Part shown: positions 55,826 to 64,000 of the stretch, piece by piece
How the letters are laid out: every line of letters begins with the position of its first letter
Position numbering within the stretch: the first letter of the stretch is position 1
The notes under the pieces: generated by a model
What the model saw: only the letters and a program-made list of their open reading frames with translations
Databases searched by the model: none
What the model was told of the DNA's origin: nothing
DNA from: Candidatus Kuenenbacteria bacterium
Lineage (GTDB): Bacteria > Patescibacteriota > Patescibacteriia > UBA11705 > JABHMO01
Direction of reading: 5' to 3'
NCBI GenBank assembly: GCA_013202715.1
Contig: JABMRF010000007.1
Coordinates: 8,566-72,565, forward strand
DNA: 64,000 nucleotides
Position numbers and translations under genes: made by a program

Positions 55826-56326
55826 ATGAAACATTCTTCAGAAAAAACAAAACGTGAGCAGGAGTATGCCCAAATGAATCGGGAGTATGTTGAGGATAAA
55901 CGTAGTCAGCTGAAAGATTTAAACCCAAAAGAGAAAGGCGGTAAAAAAGGTATTTTGGGAAAAAGAAGTACGAGGATGTATTGTTGTTTGTTTATAGTTT
56001 TAATTGTTGCTGTTGCTGCTTACATTATTTATTTTTTTGTGATGGACGTTAAGTATAATGTATATAAAGATAAAAAAGAACAGGTCGAAGAAGCTCTGCC
56101 TCAAGCGAAACAGGAAGTGAAAACCGGAATTGAACAAGGCGAGCAACTTTACAATGATACAAAAGAAAATATTGAAGACATTCAAGAAAAATACAACAAA
56201 GCAAAGGACACAATTGAAGATGTGGAAGAAAAATATGATCAGGTGAAAGGAACAATTGAGGACGTTGAGAATAAATATGATCAGGCAAAGGAAGCTTTTG
56301 AAGATGTCAAAGATTTGGTAAATTAA
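55826..56326 (+). CDS. hypothetical membrane-anchored coiled-coil protein with three 14-aa repeats (TIEDVEEKYDQVKG)
   Basis: TM CCLFIVLIVAVAAYIIYFFV then repeats. Confidence 0.5.
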   Translation: MKHSSEKTKREQEYAQMNREYVEDKRSQLKDLNPKEKGGKKGILGKRSTRMYCCLFIVLIVAVAAYIIYFFVMDVKYNVYKDKKEQVEEALPQAKQEVKTGIEQGEQLYNDTKENIEDIQEKYNKAKDTIEDVEEKYDQVKGTIEDVENKYDQAKEAFEDVKDLVN

Positions 56327-56338
56327 AAATTTTGCAAA

Positions 56339-56362
56339 TCCCGCCGTTGCCGGGATAAATAA
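56339..56362. terminator. terminator hairpin ATCCCG-CCGTTGC-CGGGAT (ATCCCG/CGGGAT family), bidirectional
   Basis: between convergent genes, followed by A/T runs. Confidence 0.6.
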
Positions 56363-56394
56363 AAAACAGAGGCTTGAATGGCCTTTGTTTTAGT

Positions 56395-56988
56395 TTAAAT
56401 TCCGATTTGAAGTCTTAATTTGTTTAAGGCACTTTGGCGGTGGTTGAGCTCTCGATGTTCCTCTCCGGATAAATCTGTAAACATTTTATTGAATTTAGGG
56501 ATGAGCATTATAGATCGGAAAGGATAGCCTTTTATAATTGGCGTTATCTGTTTTTCTGTAATAATACTTTCAATCGCCCCTTCGCTAAAAAGAGGTCCTT
56601 TGTTTTCTGAAATGAAACACAAAACAAGTTTTAATCTGGCAGTTCGTTTTTCGGCTGGAACTCCTTGAAGTTTTTCCAAAGTATAATCAACCATTTCCTG
56701 ATCGGTCATTGGATAGCCTTTCCATCTGCGGCTTTTGACGCCCGGCTCGCCATTTAAAAAATCAATTTCAAATCCACCGTCATCTGCAATAGTAGGGAGG
56801 CCGGCTAATTTATAAGCAAATTTAGCTTTGATTAACGCGTTTTCCTGGAATGTTTTGCCTGTTTCTTCCACATCATCCTTGATTCCAATCTCTTCCAATC
56901 CAAATATTTCAAATGGCCAGTCCTGCGTTTGTTTTTTGAACTCATTAACCTTACCTGGATTGTGAGAGGCGATAATTAGTTTCTTCAT
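56395..56988 (-). CDS. rdgB: non-canonical purine NTP pyrophosphatase (RdgB/Ham1)
   Basis: MKKLIIASHNPGKV…EETG.TF.ENA.IKA……DDGG… Ham1 motifs; M11 start. Confidence 0.85.
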   Translation of the reverse strand: MKKLIIASHNPGKVNEFKKQTQDWPFEIFGLEEIGIKDDVEETGKTFQENALIKAKFAYKLAGLPTIADDGGFEIDFLNGEPGVKSRRWKGYPMTDQEMVDYTLEKLQGVPAEKRTARLKLVLCFISENKGPLFSEGAIESIITEKQITPIIKGYPFRSIMLIPKFNKMFTDLSGEEHRELNHRQSALNKLRLQIGI

Positions 56989-57103
56989 ATACCTTAATTT
57001 TACAGTTAAATAAGGCAAAAGTCAAAGGTAATTGACAAATCAAAAAAAGTATGTTATCTTATAGGGTGATGTTTATTGAAAAGACTGAACAAAGGGGGAT
57101 TCA

Positions 57104-57955
57104 ATGACCAAAGTTCATGAAGAATGGATTACAGAGATGATGGAGCGTCATGCTTGGGTAAATGATCTGGCCAGAGAATTTTGGGACAACAGTTTTCGCC
57201 ATGAACAAGTGCTTGAGTTGAATAGTGCTATCAGTGCTGGAAGAGAAGAAAGGGTGAAGGAACTCCATGCACGATTGATTAGCTCTATTCATTGTAATGT
57301 TTGTGGGACGAAGATTGCACGCGGTTGTATGGGTGCTGAGCAGTTTGGCAAGCGACGTAAATGCGATGACTGCCTTGAGGCTGAGCGCGAGTCTGATGGA
57401 AAAAAGTATTGCCGGCATTGTGGTCGGATTTATACGAAAAAAGAGCATTATGCTGGAATGAAGCAGCCACTTGATCCTAAGTCATTTGCCGCCATCAGTT
57501 GTTGTCCTGATTGTAAGACATTTGCGATTACCATTGCCAAGACCTGTGAAAGGCTAGCGAGGGAAAGTGTGCAGCCACTGATGGAAAGAAGAGATGATTT
57601 GAAGCGACCTGTATGCAGACCTGAGTTGTCTGTCGGAGATCAGGCTATTTTTGATCAGTATGGTGTAGACCATTCACTTTTCTTCAAGGGAACAAAGCCG
57701 CTTTTTATTCAAGGGATTGCCAAGGGTCATCGACCTCTGTTGCGTGCACTTGAACAAGGGTTTGTTCCTCGGTGTCGAATACGACACAAGGAATATGGAT
57801 ATGAAGGTGAGCTTCAATCTCTCACTCCTGTGATCAGAAAAGATGGGATGGGAACATTCATGACAAAACTGTTGAAGGCCAAAGTCTATTACGATGGAAG
57901 ACTGGCATTTACGGTTATTGGTGAATTCAAGATTGATGAATTTGAAGTAATGTAA
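57104..57955 (+). CDS. hypothetical protein with two CxxC…CxxC Zn-ribbon pairs; GC-rich gene; candidate restriction-endonuclease partner of adjacent MTase
   Basis: CNVCG…CDDC and CRHCG…CPDC; AAGGGGGA SD; ~47% GC; convergent with MTase. Confidence 0.45.
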   Translation: MTKVHEEWITEMMERHAWVNDLAREFWDNSFRHEQVLELNSAISAGREERVKELHARLISSIHCNVCGTKIARGCMGAEQFGKRRKCDDCLEAERESDGKKYCRHCGRIYTKKEHYAGMKQPLDPKSFAAISCCPDCKTFAITIAKTCERLARESVQPLMERRDDLKRPVCRPELSVGDQAIFDQYGVDHSLFFKGTKPLFIQGIAKGHRPLLRALEQGFVPRCRIRHKEYGYEGELQSLTPVIRKDGMGTFMTKLLKAKVYYDGRLAFTVIGEFKIDEFEVM

Positions 57956-58005
57956 CAGAAAAGCAGAACTAAACCAGTTCTGCTTTTAAAATATTTGAAT
58001 TTAGT

Positions 58006-58854
58006 TTATTTTTGTAATCTTTTTTGACAAAGTATATAAAATTTCTTCTCAATTTCAAATCCTAAATACTTTCTTTTGAGCTTTTTGGCAACAACCGCAG
58101 TTGTGCCGGATCCCATAAACGGATCGAAAACAAGCTCGCCTTCGTTTGAGCTGGCCAAAATTATTCGCTCAATAAGTTTTTCCGGTTTTTGAGTTGGATG
58201 TTCAGTGTTTTCTGGCATAGACCAAAAGGGGACAGTGAGATCAGTCCAGATATTGGATGGGTGAGTCATACGAAATTTTTCGCCGTTAATTTCCTGCCAG
58301 TCCTTTGGTTTTCCTTTTTCGTCAACATATGGAGCAATGACCGCCTTCTTTACTTTGACGTCATCCAGATTGAAAGTATAATTATCACCTTTGGTTGCAA
58401 ACCAAATATCCTCCATGTTATTTTTCCAGTTTCGTTTCGCTCCGCGTCCCTTGTCGCGTTTCCAGGTAATTCGATTTCTAACTGTAAAATGTTTTTTAAG
58501 AATCGATTCAATAATAGAAGACGCTTCCCAGTTTATGCAAATGTAAATTGAACCGTTTGACTTAAGAATTCGATGGCACTGCTTAATCCAATTTTCGCAC
58601 CAGCTAATGAATTCTTTTTCCTTGACTGAAACTGTCCCTTTACCAAAATCTTTTCGAATTGTATATGGCGGATCGGTGACAATTAAGTCAATGATATCGT
58701 TTGGTAGTTTATTTGTTTCTTCAAGTGAATCGCCAAAGAATATATTATTTTCTAAATTGTTAATTCTTAATCCTTCATTCTTAATTTCAAAAACGGGAAA
58801 ACTGCTCAGGTCTTCTTTTGTAACTGTAATAGTTTTGTTGCGTTTTGACTTCAT
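58006..58854 (-). CDS. β-class DNA N6-adenine/N4-cytosine methyltransferase
   Basis: DPPY (motif IV) near N-terminus precedes FMGSGTT (motif I). Confidence 0.8.
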   Translation of the reverse strand: MKSKRNKTITVTKEDLSSFPVFEIKNEGLRINNLENNIFFGDSLEETNKLPNDIIDLIVTDPPYTIRKDFGKGTVSVKEKEFISWCENWIKQCHRILKSNGSIYICINWEASSIIESILKKHFTVRNRITWKRDKGRGAKRNWKNNMEDIWFATKGDNYTFNLDDVKVKKAVIAPYVDEKGKPKDWQEINGEKFRMTHPSNIWTDLTVPFWSMPENTEHPTQKPEKLIERIILASSNEGELVFDPFMGSGTTAVVAKKLKRKYLGFEIEKKFYILCQKRLQK

Positions 58855-59348
58855 TAATTTGATTATAGCAAATTTTCACAAAAAAAATAGCACCGGCTAT
58901 TTTGTGCAATCCTTGTTTGTCATTTCTCTTGGTTTGACCCAGTGATTTCAGGCTTTTTATCACCTGTTATTTGGTGTCCAGTGACCAGTATGACGGGATT
59001 GCAACGAAGCTCGGTGCTCTGTTTGGTTTGCTGCGCGACGGGTCGTGGCGTCTTCTCGCAGACTAAGATCCCTAGTGGGTCTCTTCCGTGTTCGGACTAA
59101 TTGTCAGTAACTCTTGGCATCGCCCTCCTTTTTGAATTCGAAGCCAGGATGTAAGATTGTGCCCACTTTTCACATGGGCACAAGCATTGTAACGAATTAT
59201 TTTCTCAATGTCAATCGCTTTTGTGGATAAAAAAAAGAGCGCTGAGGTGAATCAGCGCTCGAGGTGCGGTTTTTAGCCGCAAATCATAGTTTGCCTCCCT
59301 GTTTCTTGATGCTCTTGTCCTTATCAGGACCTAGATCAGTGACTGCAT

Positions 59349-59415
59349 TATAGCATACACATGGGCCTTTGTCAAGACCCTGAGCGACTAGCAGGAGTCG
59401 AAGGGTCAAGGCCTT
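59349..59415 (+). repeat. direct repeat copy 1 (~65 bp: …TTATAGCATAC…TTGTCAAGACCCTGAGCGACTAGCAGGAGTCGAAGGGTCAAG + U-run)
   Basis: hairpin GACCCT-GAGCGACTAGCAGGAGTCGA-AGGGTC followed by TTTTTT; matches 59798-59865. Confidence 0.7.
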
Positions 59416-59797
59416 TTTTAAAAAAAAATGGAGCATCACGATGATCGTGATGCTCCGGTGAAGATACCCAGGGTCTAGCCTATCCTGGGATGGCTCGACT
59501 GGCACGTCCTTCAAAACGTACTATGCCGCTACAGTCATTCTACGAGGTCTGTAGTTCTCGTCACGCTCTCGCCGGATTGCGCTCTTTTTCTCGTTTGTGT
59601 TGACGGATGGGATGTTCCGTCTTGGTCAGGTCCAGGTCATTATCCATGTCCTCCTGTGGAAGGGGTATGGCCGTTCCCGAAGCTTCAAACTTCGGGCAGC
59701 CTGTCCGTTTGCGTTAGGGCCAGTGCATACCGTCCTCTCGTCGTTCGGGCCTTTGGCGATGTCTGTCTGAAGCTTCTAACTTCTTGACATGTAACCG

Positions 59798-59865
59798 CAT
59801 TATAGCATACTTTTGTAATCTTGTCAAGACCCTGAGCGACTAGCAGGAGTCGAAGTGTCAAGTGC
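59798..59865 (+). repeat. direct repeat copy 2 (hairpin-terminator module)
   Basis: 47/50 identity to copy 1 over the hairpin core; followed by TTTTTTT. Confidence 0.7.
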
Positions 59866-60045
59866 TTTGTGTTTTTTTCTCTAAAATTAGATAAATGTTT
59901 ACTTTTAGATTCCAATCGAAACGTAGATTGTTTTGCAAGTCATAGACAAAATTGTCAAATTTGGTATAATTCATTCAAGAAAACAAAAAAGCATGAAAAC
60001 AAGAACTCAGCCTGAAGGATTCATTGTTTTTTTGTTTTTTACTAT

Positions 60046-60690
60046 ATGTTATATATCGTAGGTACACCAATTGGAAATATGCAGGATATGACAATGCGCG
60101 CTATTGAAACCCTAAAAGGCGTTGATGTTATCCTCTGCGAGGATACAAGACAAACCAGCAAACTGGTTGTTCGCTTTGAATTGAACAAAAAACTGGTCAG
60201 CTTGCATCAGCATACATCGGACGACAAGACGAAAATGCTTTTGGAAGAATATGAAAATATTGCTTATGTAAGTGATGCCGGAACTCCAGGGATTTCAGAC
60301 CCGGGCGGGAAATTAGTTCAGCTTGCAATTGAAGCGGGGCACGACGTTGTTCCGATTCCAGGACCGAGTGCAGTTGCAACCGCACTCAGTGTTTCAGCAT
60401 TTCCCGCTGATAAGTTTTTCTTTTTGGGTTTTATGCCCAAGAAGGGGCAACAAAGAACATTTGATTTAATTAAAGATTCACAATATACAGTTTGTTTTTA
60501 CGAATCACCGCACCGCATTATCAAAACATTAGAAAAATTAAAAACTGAACTGGAATCTGATCGACAGATGATGGTGGCGCGTGAATTAACAAAAAAATTT
60601 GAAACAATATATCGCGGAACAGCAGAGCAAATCCTCGAGCAAGTAAAAGAAAAGGGTGAGTTCACAATTGTTATTTCGCCAAAAAAATAA
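60046..60690 (+). CDS. rsmI: 16S rRNA (cytidine1402-2'-O)-methyltransferase RsmI
   Basis: MLYIVGTPIGN..D.T.RA…L…D.I.CEDTR.T..L tetrapyrrole-methylase fold. Confidence 0.85.
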   Translation: MLYIVGTPIGNMQDMTMRAIETLKGVDVILCEDTRQTSKLVVRFELNKKLVSLHQHTSDDKTKMLLEEYENIAYVSDAGTPGISDPGGKLVQLAIEAGHDVVPIPGPSAVATALSVSAFPADKFFFLGFMPKKGQQRTFDLIKDSQYTVCFYESPHRIIKTLEKLKTELESDRQMMVARELTKKFETIYRGTAEQILEQVKEKGEFTIVISPKK

Positions 60691-60691
60691 T

Positions 60692-62215
60692 ATGGAAAAA
60701 AATAAATTTTACATTACAACCCCCATTTACTATGTAAATGACCGCCCGCACATAGGTCACGCTTACACAACGGTGATCGCAGATGTGCTGGCAAGATACA
60801 ATCGGTTCAAAATTGGAAGCGACAAGGTTTGGTTTCTGACCGGTACAGATGAGCACGGCGCCAAAGTTGCGCAGTCAGCTGAGGCTGAAGGAAAAGAACC
60901 ACAAGCATTTGTTGATGAAATTTCAGAGGAATACAAGAATAAATGGGAAAAGTTAAATATTTCTTATGATGATTTTATCCGAACTACTGAGGCACGGCAC
61001 GAAACAGTTGTAAAAGAAATTTTAACCAAATTGAAATCAGCAAAAACCCCGCAAGGAAAAGACGTTATTTTCAAAGATACCTATGAAGGACTCTATTGCG
61101 TCGGTTGTGAAGCTTACAAAAAAGAAGAAGACTTGGAGGACGGAAAATGTCCAGATCATGGCAAAGCTCCTGAAACCTTGTCCGAAGAAAATTGGTATTT
61201 TCGATTGTCTGATTATACGGACGAATTGAAACAAAAAATTGAATCAGATGAAATAAAAATCTTACCGGCTGACAAAAAGAAAGAAGTTTTGAGTTTTATC
61301 GCCCAAGGGTTAGAAGATATTGCTATTAGTCGCGCAAATGTTGATTGGGGAATTCCAGTTCCGTTTGACAAAGAGCAAACTATTTATGTCTGGGTTGATG
61401 CGCTCATTAATTATATTTCTGCAATTGGTTATCCAGATGACGAGAAGTTCAAAAAGTTCTGGCCGGCGAATGTCCATTTGCTAGCAAAAGACATATTAAA
61501 GTTCCATTGTATCATCTGGCCGGCAATGCTTCTGGCCGCAGAGATTGAACAGCCAAAAGAGTTGTTTGTCCATGGGTATTTTACTTTGAGTGGCAAGAAA
61601 ATGAGTAAGACCCTCGGAAATGTAATTGACCCGGACGAATTGGTTGAAGAATACGGAGCTGATGCTGCTCGTTATCTTATAATTTCGCAATTTGTTTTTG
61701 GCCAAGATGGTAATGTGAAAGTTGACGAGTTTCCAATCAAATACAACGCAGATCTGGCAAATGGAATTGGCAATCTTGCCAGTCGTGTGCTCAGTATGGC
61801 TGAAAAGTATTGTGAAGGAAAAGTTCCGGATAAAAAGTTTGATGCGGATTTGGATTTGAAAAAGATCTGGCAAAAGATTGACAAAGGCTTTTCGGATTAT
61901 AAAATTTTTGAAAATCTGAAAGAAATCTGGGAAGTAATTCGCTGGTCTGACACATACATTGACGAAACTAAACCATGGGTTCTTGGAAAAGAAAGTAAAC
62001 AAGAGGAACTTGATCAAATCATCTATAATCTTCTGGAAATACTTCGTCATTTGGGCTGGCTTATCAAACCAATCCTGCCTGAAACTTCAGACGAAATTTT
62101 GAAGCGACTTGGTGAATCAGAGTCAGATTGTTCTTACTCCGATGCAATAGCTGTTGGCAAAATTAAATCTGGAACAAAAGTTGAGAAGGGCGAAGCACTT
62201 TTTGCACGGAAATAA
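60692..62215 (+). CDS. metG: methionine--tRNA ligase
   Basis: HIGH (PHIGHAYT) and KMSKT motifs. Confidence 0.9.
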   Translation: MEKNKFYITTPIYYVNDRPHIGHAYTTVIADVLARYNRFKIGSDKVWFLTGTDEHGAKVAQSAEAEGKEPQAFVDEISEEYKNKWEKLNISYDDFIRTTEARHETVVKEILTKLKSAKTPQGKDVIFKDTYEGLYCVGCEAYKKEEDLEDGKCPDHGKAPETLSEENWYFRLSDYTDELKQKIESDEIKILPADKKKEVLSFIAQGLEDIAISRANVDWGIPVPFDKEQTIYVWVDALINYISAIGYPDDEKFKKFWPANVHLLAKDILKFHCIIWPAMLLAAEIEQPKELFVHGYFTLSGKKMSKTLGNVIDPDELVEEYGADAARYLIISQFVFGQDGNVKVDEFPIKYNADLANGIGNLASRVLSMAEKYCEGKVPDKKFDADLDLKKIWQKIDKGFSDYKIFENLKEIWEVIRWSDTYIDETKPWVLGKESKQEELDQIIYNLLEILRHLGWLIKPILPETSDEILKRLGESESDCSYSDAIAVGKIKSGTKVEKGEALFARK

Positions 62216-62266
62216 CCTCCCCCAACCATGAACTATAACTCGTTACGCTCGTTAAATTCATGGCAA

Positions 62267-62291
62267 GCCCCCTCCTTGGTAAGGAGGGGGC
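62267..62291 (+). promoter_or_regulatory. 11-bp perfect GC-rich hairpin (GCCCCCTCCTT-GGT-AAGGAGGGGGC) sequestering an AAGGAGG SD 13 nt upstream of tatD ATG
   Basis: arms 62267-77 / 62281-91; second hairpin 62226-62263 (CCATGAA…TTCATGG) just upstream. Confidence 0.5.
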
Positions 62292-62300
62292 TAAGAAGAT

Positions 62301-63131
62301 ATGTTTGATACTCACGCCCACGTAAACTTCAACGCGTACAAGGATGACGCAGATGAAGTGATTAAACGCGCGCAAGATAAAGGCGTCAGTGTTATTTTAG
62401 TTGGCTCACAATTTTCAACAAGTGAGCGGGCAATAAAAATGGCGGAAAAATATGACAATGTTTATTCTGCAGTTGCCCTGCATCCAATCCATCTCGAAGA
62501 GCAAGTGATTGCAAACAAGGTTGATAATGATGAAACTGTTGAGTTTGTTTCTCGGGCGGAAGAATTTGATTACCGGAAATATTTACAGCTGGCAAAATCA
62601 AATGCTAATGTTGTTGCTGTTGGAGAAACCGGTTTGGATTATTTTCATTTAAAAGAAGATGCTCGAGATCTGCAGATTGAAAAACAAAAACAAGTTTTTA
62701 TTAAACATATTGAATTGGCAAATGAATTAAATCTGCCAATGATAATTCATTGCCGGGAAGCTTATACAGAGCTGATCGAAATTTTGAAACAAAACAAAGT
62801 GAATAAAGGCGGAGTGATTCATTGTTTCATTGGCAACTTAATCCAAGGAAAAAAATTATTGGACATGGGCTTTTATCTAGGGTTCAATGGTGTGATCACA
62901 TTCAAAAAAGCAGAACCATATTTAGCCGCTCTGAAATTGGTCCCGCTGGACAAAATTTTGATTGAAACTGACTGTCCTTATCTGACTCCAGTGCCAAATC
63001 GTGGCAAGCGAAACGAACCGTCATTTGTTGAGTTTATAATAAAAAAAATAGCGGATGTAAAAGGACTTTCTTTTGAGGAAGTTGAAAAACAAACTGATAA
63101 AAATGCAAAATCGTTGTTTAATCTTTTGTAA
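62301..63131 (+). CDS. tatD: TatD-family metal-dependent DNase/hydrolase
   Basis: MFDTHAHVNF… TIM-barrel TatD motifs. Confidence 0.85.
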   Translation: MFDTHAHVNFNAYKDDADEVIKRAQDKGVSVILVGSQFSTSERAIKMAEKYDNVYSAVALHPIHLEEQVIANKVDNDETVEFVSRAEEFDYRKYLQLAKSNANVVAVGETGLDYFHLKEDARDLQIEKQKQVFIKHIELANELNLPMIIHCREAYTELIEILKQNKVNKGGVIHCFIGNLIQGKKLLDMGFYLGFNGVITFKKAEPYLAALKLVPLDKILIETDCPYLTPVPNRGKRNEPSFVEFIIKKIADVKGLSFEEVEKQTDKNAKSLFNLL

Positions 63132-63274
63132 AATAAGTAGATAGAGGTTCCCAAATTTTAATGTTTGGATTTTTTATTTCGCTTAAATTAGGAATTTATT
63201 TTTACTTTATGTTTTATGTGTACAAATGTACTTGAAGTTTTTTTGTATTCATGATAGAATAAGGTTGCTTTTAT

Positions 63275-63538
63275 ATGCCAGGACAGATAAAACAAGACAA
63301 GTTGTGGTGGAAGCCGGCAATTGAGTTATTTGCCCAGGTTTCTTGCTGGATTGTTTTCCCAATTATCATTGGGCTTTATTTGGGACGCTGGTTAGACGAG
63401 AAGTATAGTAGCGAGCCGCTTTACCTAATTGTTTGTTTGGGAGTGGCTTTTTTAATTACCAATGTTGGTTTAATTGTGCAAACACTGAAAACTGCTAAGA
63501 AGATGGACAAAACGGAAAAGGAAAACAAAAAAGTATGA
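63275..63538 (+). CDS. small 2-TM membrane protein, AtpZ/AtpI-like (ATP synthase protein I)
   Basis: 87 aa, two TM helices, immediately upstream of and overlapping (ATGA) atpB. Confidence 0.45.
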   Translation: MPGQIKQDKLWWKPAIELFAQVSCWIVFPIIIGLYLGRWLDEKYSSEPLYLIVCLGVAFLITNVGLIVQTLKTAKKMDKTEKENKKV

Positions 63539-64000
63539 CTACCCAAAACCAACCTGTAGAAAACCGAGAGAGCGAGGTTCACGTTTTGGATGAAGCTGTT
63601 GTTCTTGAAGTTTCATCTGAACAAGAAACACACGCGACCGAAGAACATGTTGGACATGAGATATCTCTTGGCGCGGAACCAATTGCGCATGTTGGAAATT
63701 TTACTATCACGAATTCGCTTTTAAATACCTGGATTGTTGTCGTGGCGTTGGTAGTTCTGGCGGTCGTAATAAGATTGAAATTAAAAAAAATACCAAAGGG
63801 AATTCAAAATATTTTTGAAATGATAGTTGAAGGAGGAGTAAATCTTTGTGACTCTGTTACGGGTGATCGCAAAAAGTCGATGAAGATTTTTCCTATTGTC
63901 TTGTCGTTTTTTATATTTATTTTGGTAAACAATTGGTTGGGACTTTTCCCAGGTATCGGATCAATTGGTTTTCTCGAGGGCGGTGCAGGGCATCAAGTTT
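63535..64000 (+). CDS. atpB: F0F1 ATP synthase subunit a (partial, runs off window end)
   Basis: …NSLLNTWIVVVALVVLAVV……IVEGGVNLCDSVTGDRKKSMKIFPIVLSFFIFILVNNWLGLFPG… typical subunit a N-terminal half. Confidence 0.7.
   Translation, partial: MTTQNQPVENRESEVHVLDEAVVLEVSSEQETHATEEHVGHEISLGAEPIAHVGNFTITNSLLNTWIVVVALVVLAVVIRLKLKKIPKGIQNIFEMIVEGGVNLCDSVTGDRKKSMKIFPIVLSFFIFILVNNWLGLFPGIGSIGFLEGGAGHQV

Larger units (their letters stand above)
58950..60045. other. GC-rich (~50%) ORF-free region rich in hairpins; candidate structured ncRNA locus / degraded foreign element
   Basis: no ORF >80 aa in any frame across ~1.1 kb despite high GC; many perfect hairpins (59160-59181, 59247-59268, 59429-59455, 59643-59663, …). 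Confidence 0.4.

Noticed and set aside
59621-59636. GGTCAGGTCC 10-mer resembling the SRP RNA domain IV core (…CAGGUCAGGUCCGGAAGGAAGCAGCC)
   Set aside because: The GGAA tetraloop and AGCAGCC 3' strand do not follow in the right register, and the local fold does not reproduce helix 8.
59284-59915. Minus-strand ORFs 59284-59514 and 59685-59915 sharing LTLRLLLVAQGLDK
   Set aside because: The shared peptide is simply the translation of the 65-bp direct repeat. No start context or coding signature. Artefact of the duplicated module.
58950-60045. tmRNA in the GC-rich region
   Set aside because: Scanned both strands for 5' GGGG…UUCGAC, a tag-ORF ending (GCAGCUUAA-like) and 3' T-arm + CCACCA. Only weak partial matches (e.g. 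GGGATGGCTCGACTGG at 59466) with wrong spacing. Cannot call without covariance-model search.

Overview
AT-rich (~35% GC), gene-dense, almost entirely plus-strand window. It looks like a reduced Patescibacteria/CPR-type genome; this is inferred from gene content such as an archaeal-type UMP kinase, a group-3b [NiFe] hydrogenase, a translin homologue and ribosomal proteins with charged extensions. Gene order: (i) ribosomal/RNAP cluster infA-rpmJ-rpsM-rpsK-rpsD-rpoA-rplQ-rplM-rpsI; (ii) Wzx-like flippase + GT4 glycosyltransferase + UMP kinase; (iii) rplJ (with promoter and attenuator leader)-rplL; (iv) a cell-envelope block (large β-propeller membrane protein, wHTH regulator, FG-GAP/L,D-transpeptidase, TsaB-like) and an 834-aa orphan ORF on the minus strand; (v) a dcw cluster mraZ-rsmH-ftsL…ftsI-murF-tRNA-Glu that is split by a ~6-kb insertion (small hypothetical genes with strong promoters and Shine-Dalgarno sites, a ~200-nt nested inverted-repeat element, tgt, a lipoprotein, an SPFH protein); (vi) a GC-rich lipoprotein, an SF2 Hef/RIG-I-like helicase and a YhaM-like OB+HD nuclease; (vii) an SOS cluster lexA-SRAP-like-[degraded REPtron/RAYT element]-dinB followed by a 28-aa Cys-rich peptide ORF; (viii) a group-3b [NiFe]-hydrogenase operon (hydB/G/D/A) interleaved with an antisense gene, a membrane protein, a NUDIX hydrolase, a four-helix-bundle cassette and a Cys-less HypA-like gene; (ix) pgk-eno-gpmI-gpmI, uppP, manC-like, dedA, mltG, a translin homologue, rdgB; (x) a candidate R-M pair (GC-rich Zn-ribbon protein + β-class MTase) next to a 1.1-kb GC-rich ORF-free region carrying a duplicated 65-bp hairpin module (candidate ncRNA locus); (xi) rsmI-metG-tatD-atpZ-atpB(partial). 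Three genome-wide signals stand out. Intergenic spacers are built as 'word hairpins', a short k-mer repeated forward and then as its reverse complement. Genes split cleanly into those with no Shine-Dalgarno site (core) and those with a strong one (putatively foreign). A recurring ATCCCG…CGGGAT terminator family is present. No CRISPR array, rRNA or reverse transcriptase was seen. I could not confidently place tmRNA, RNase P, SRP or 6S RNA.
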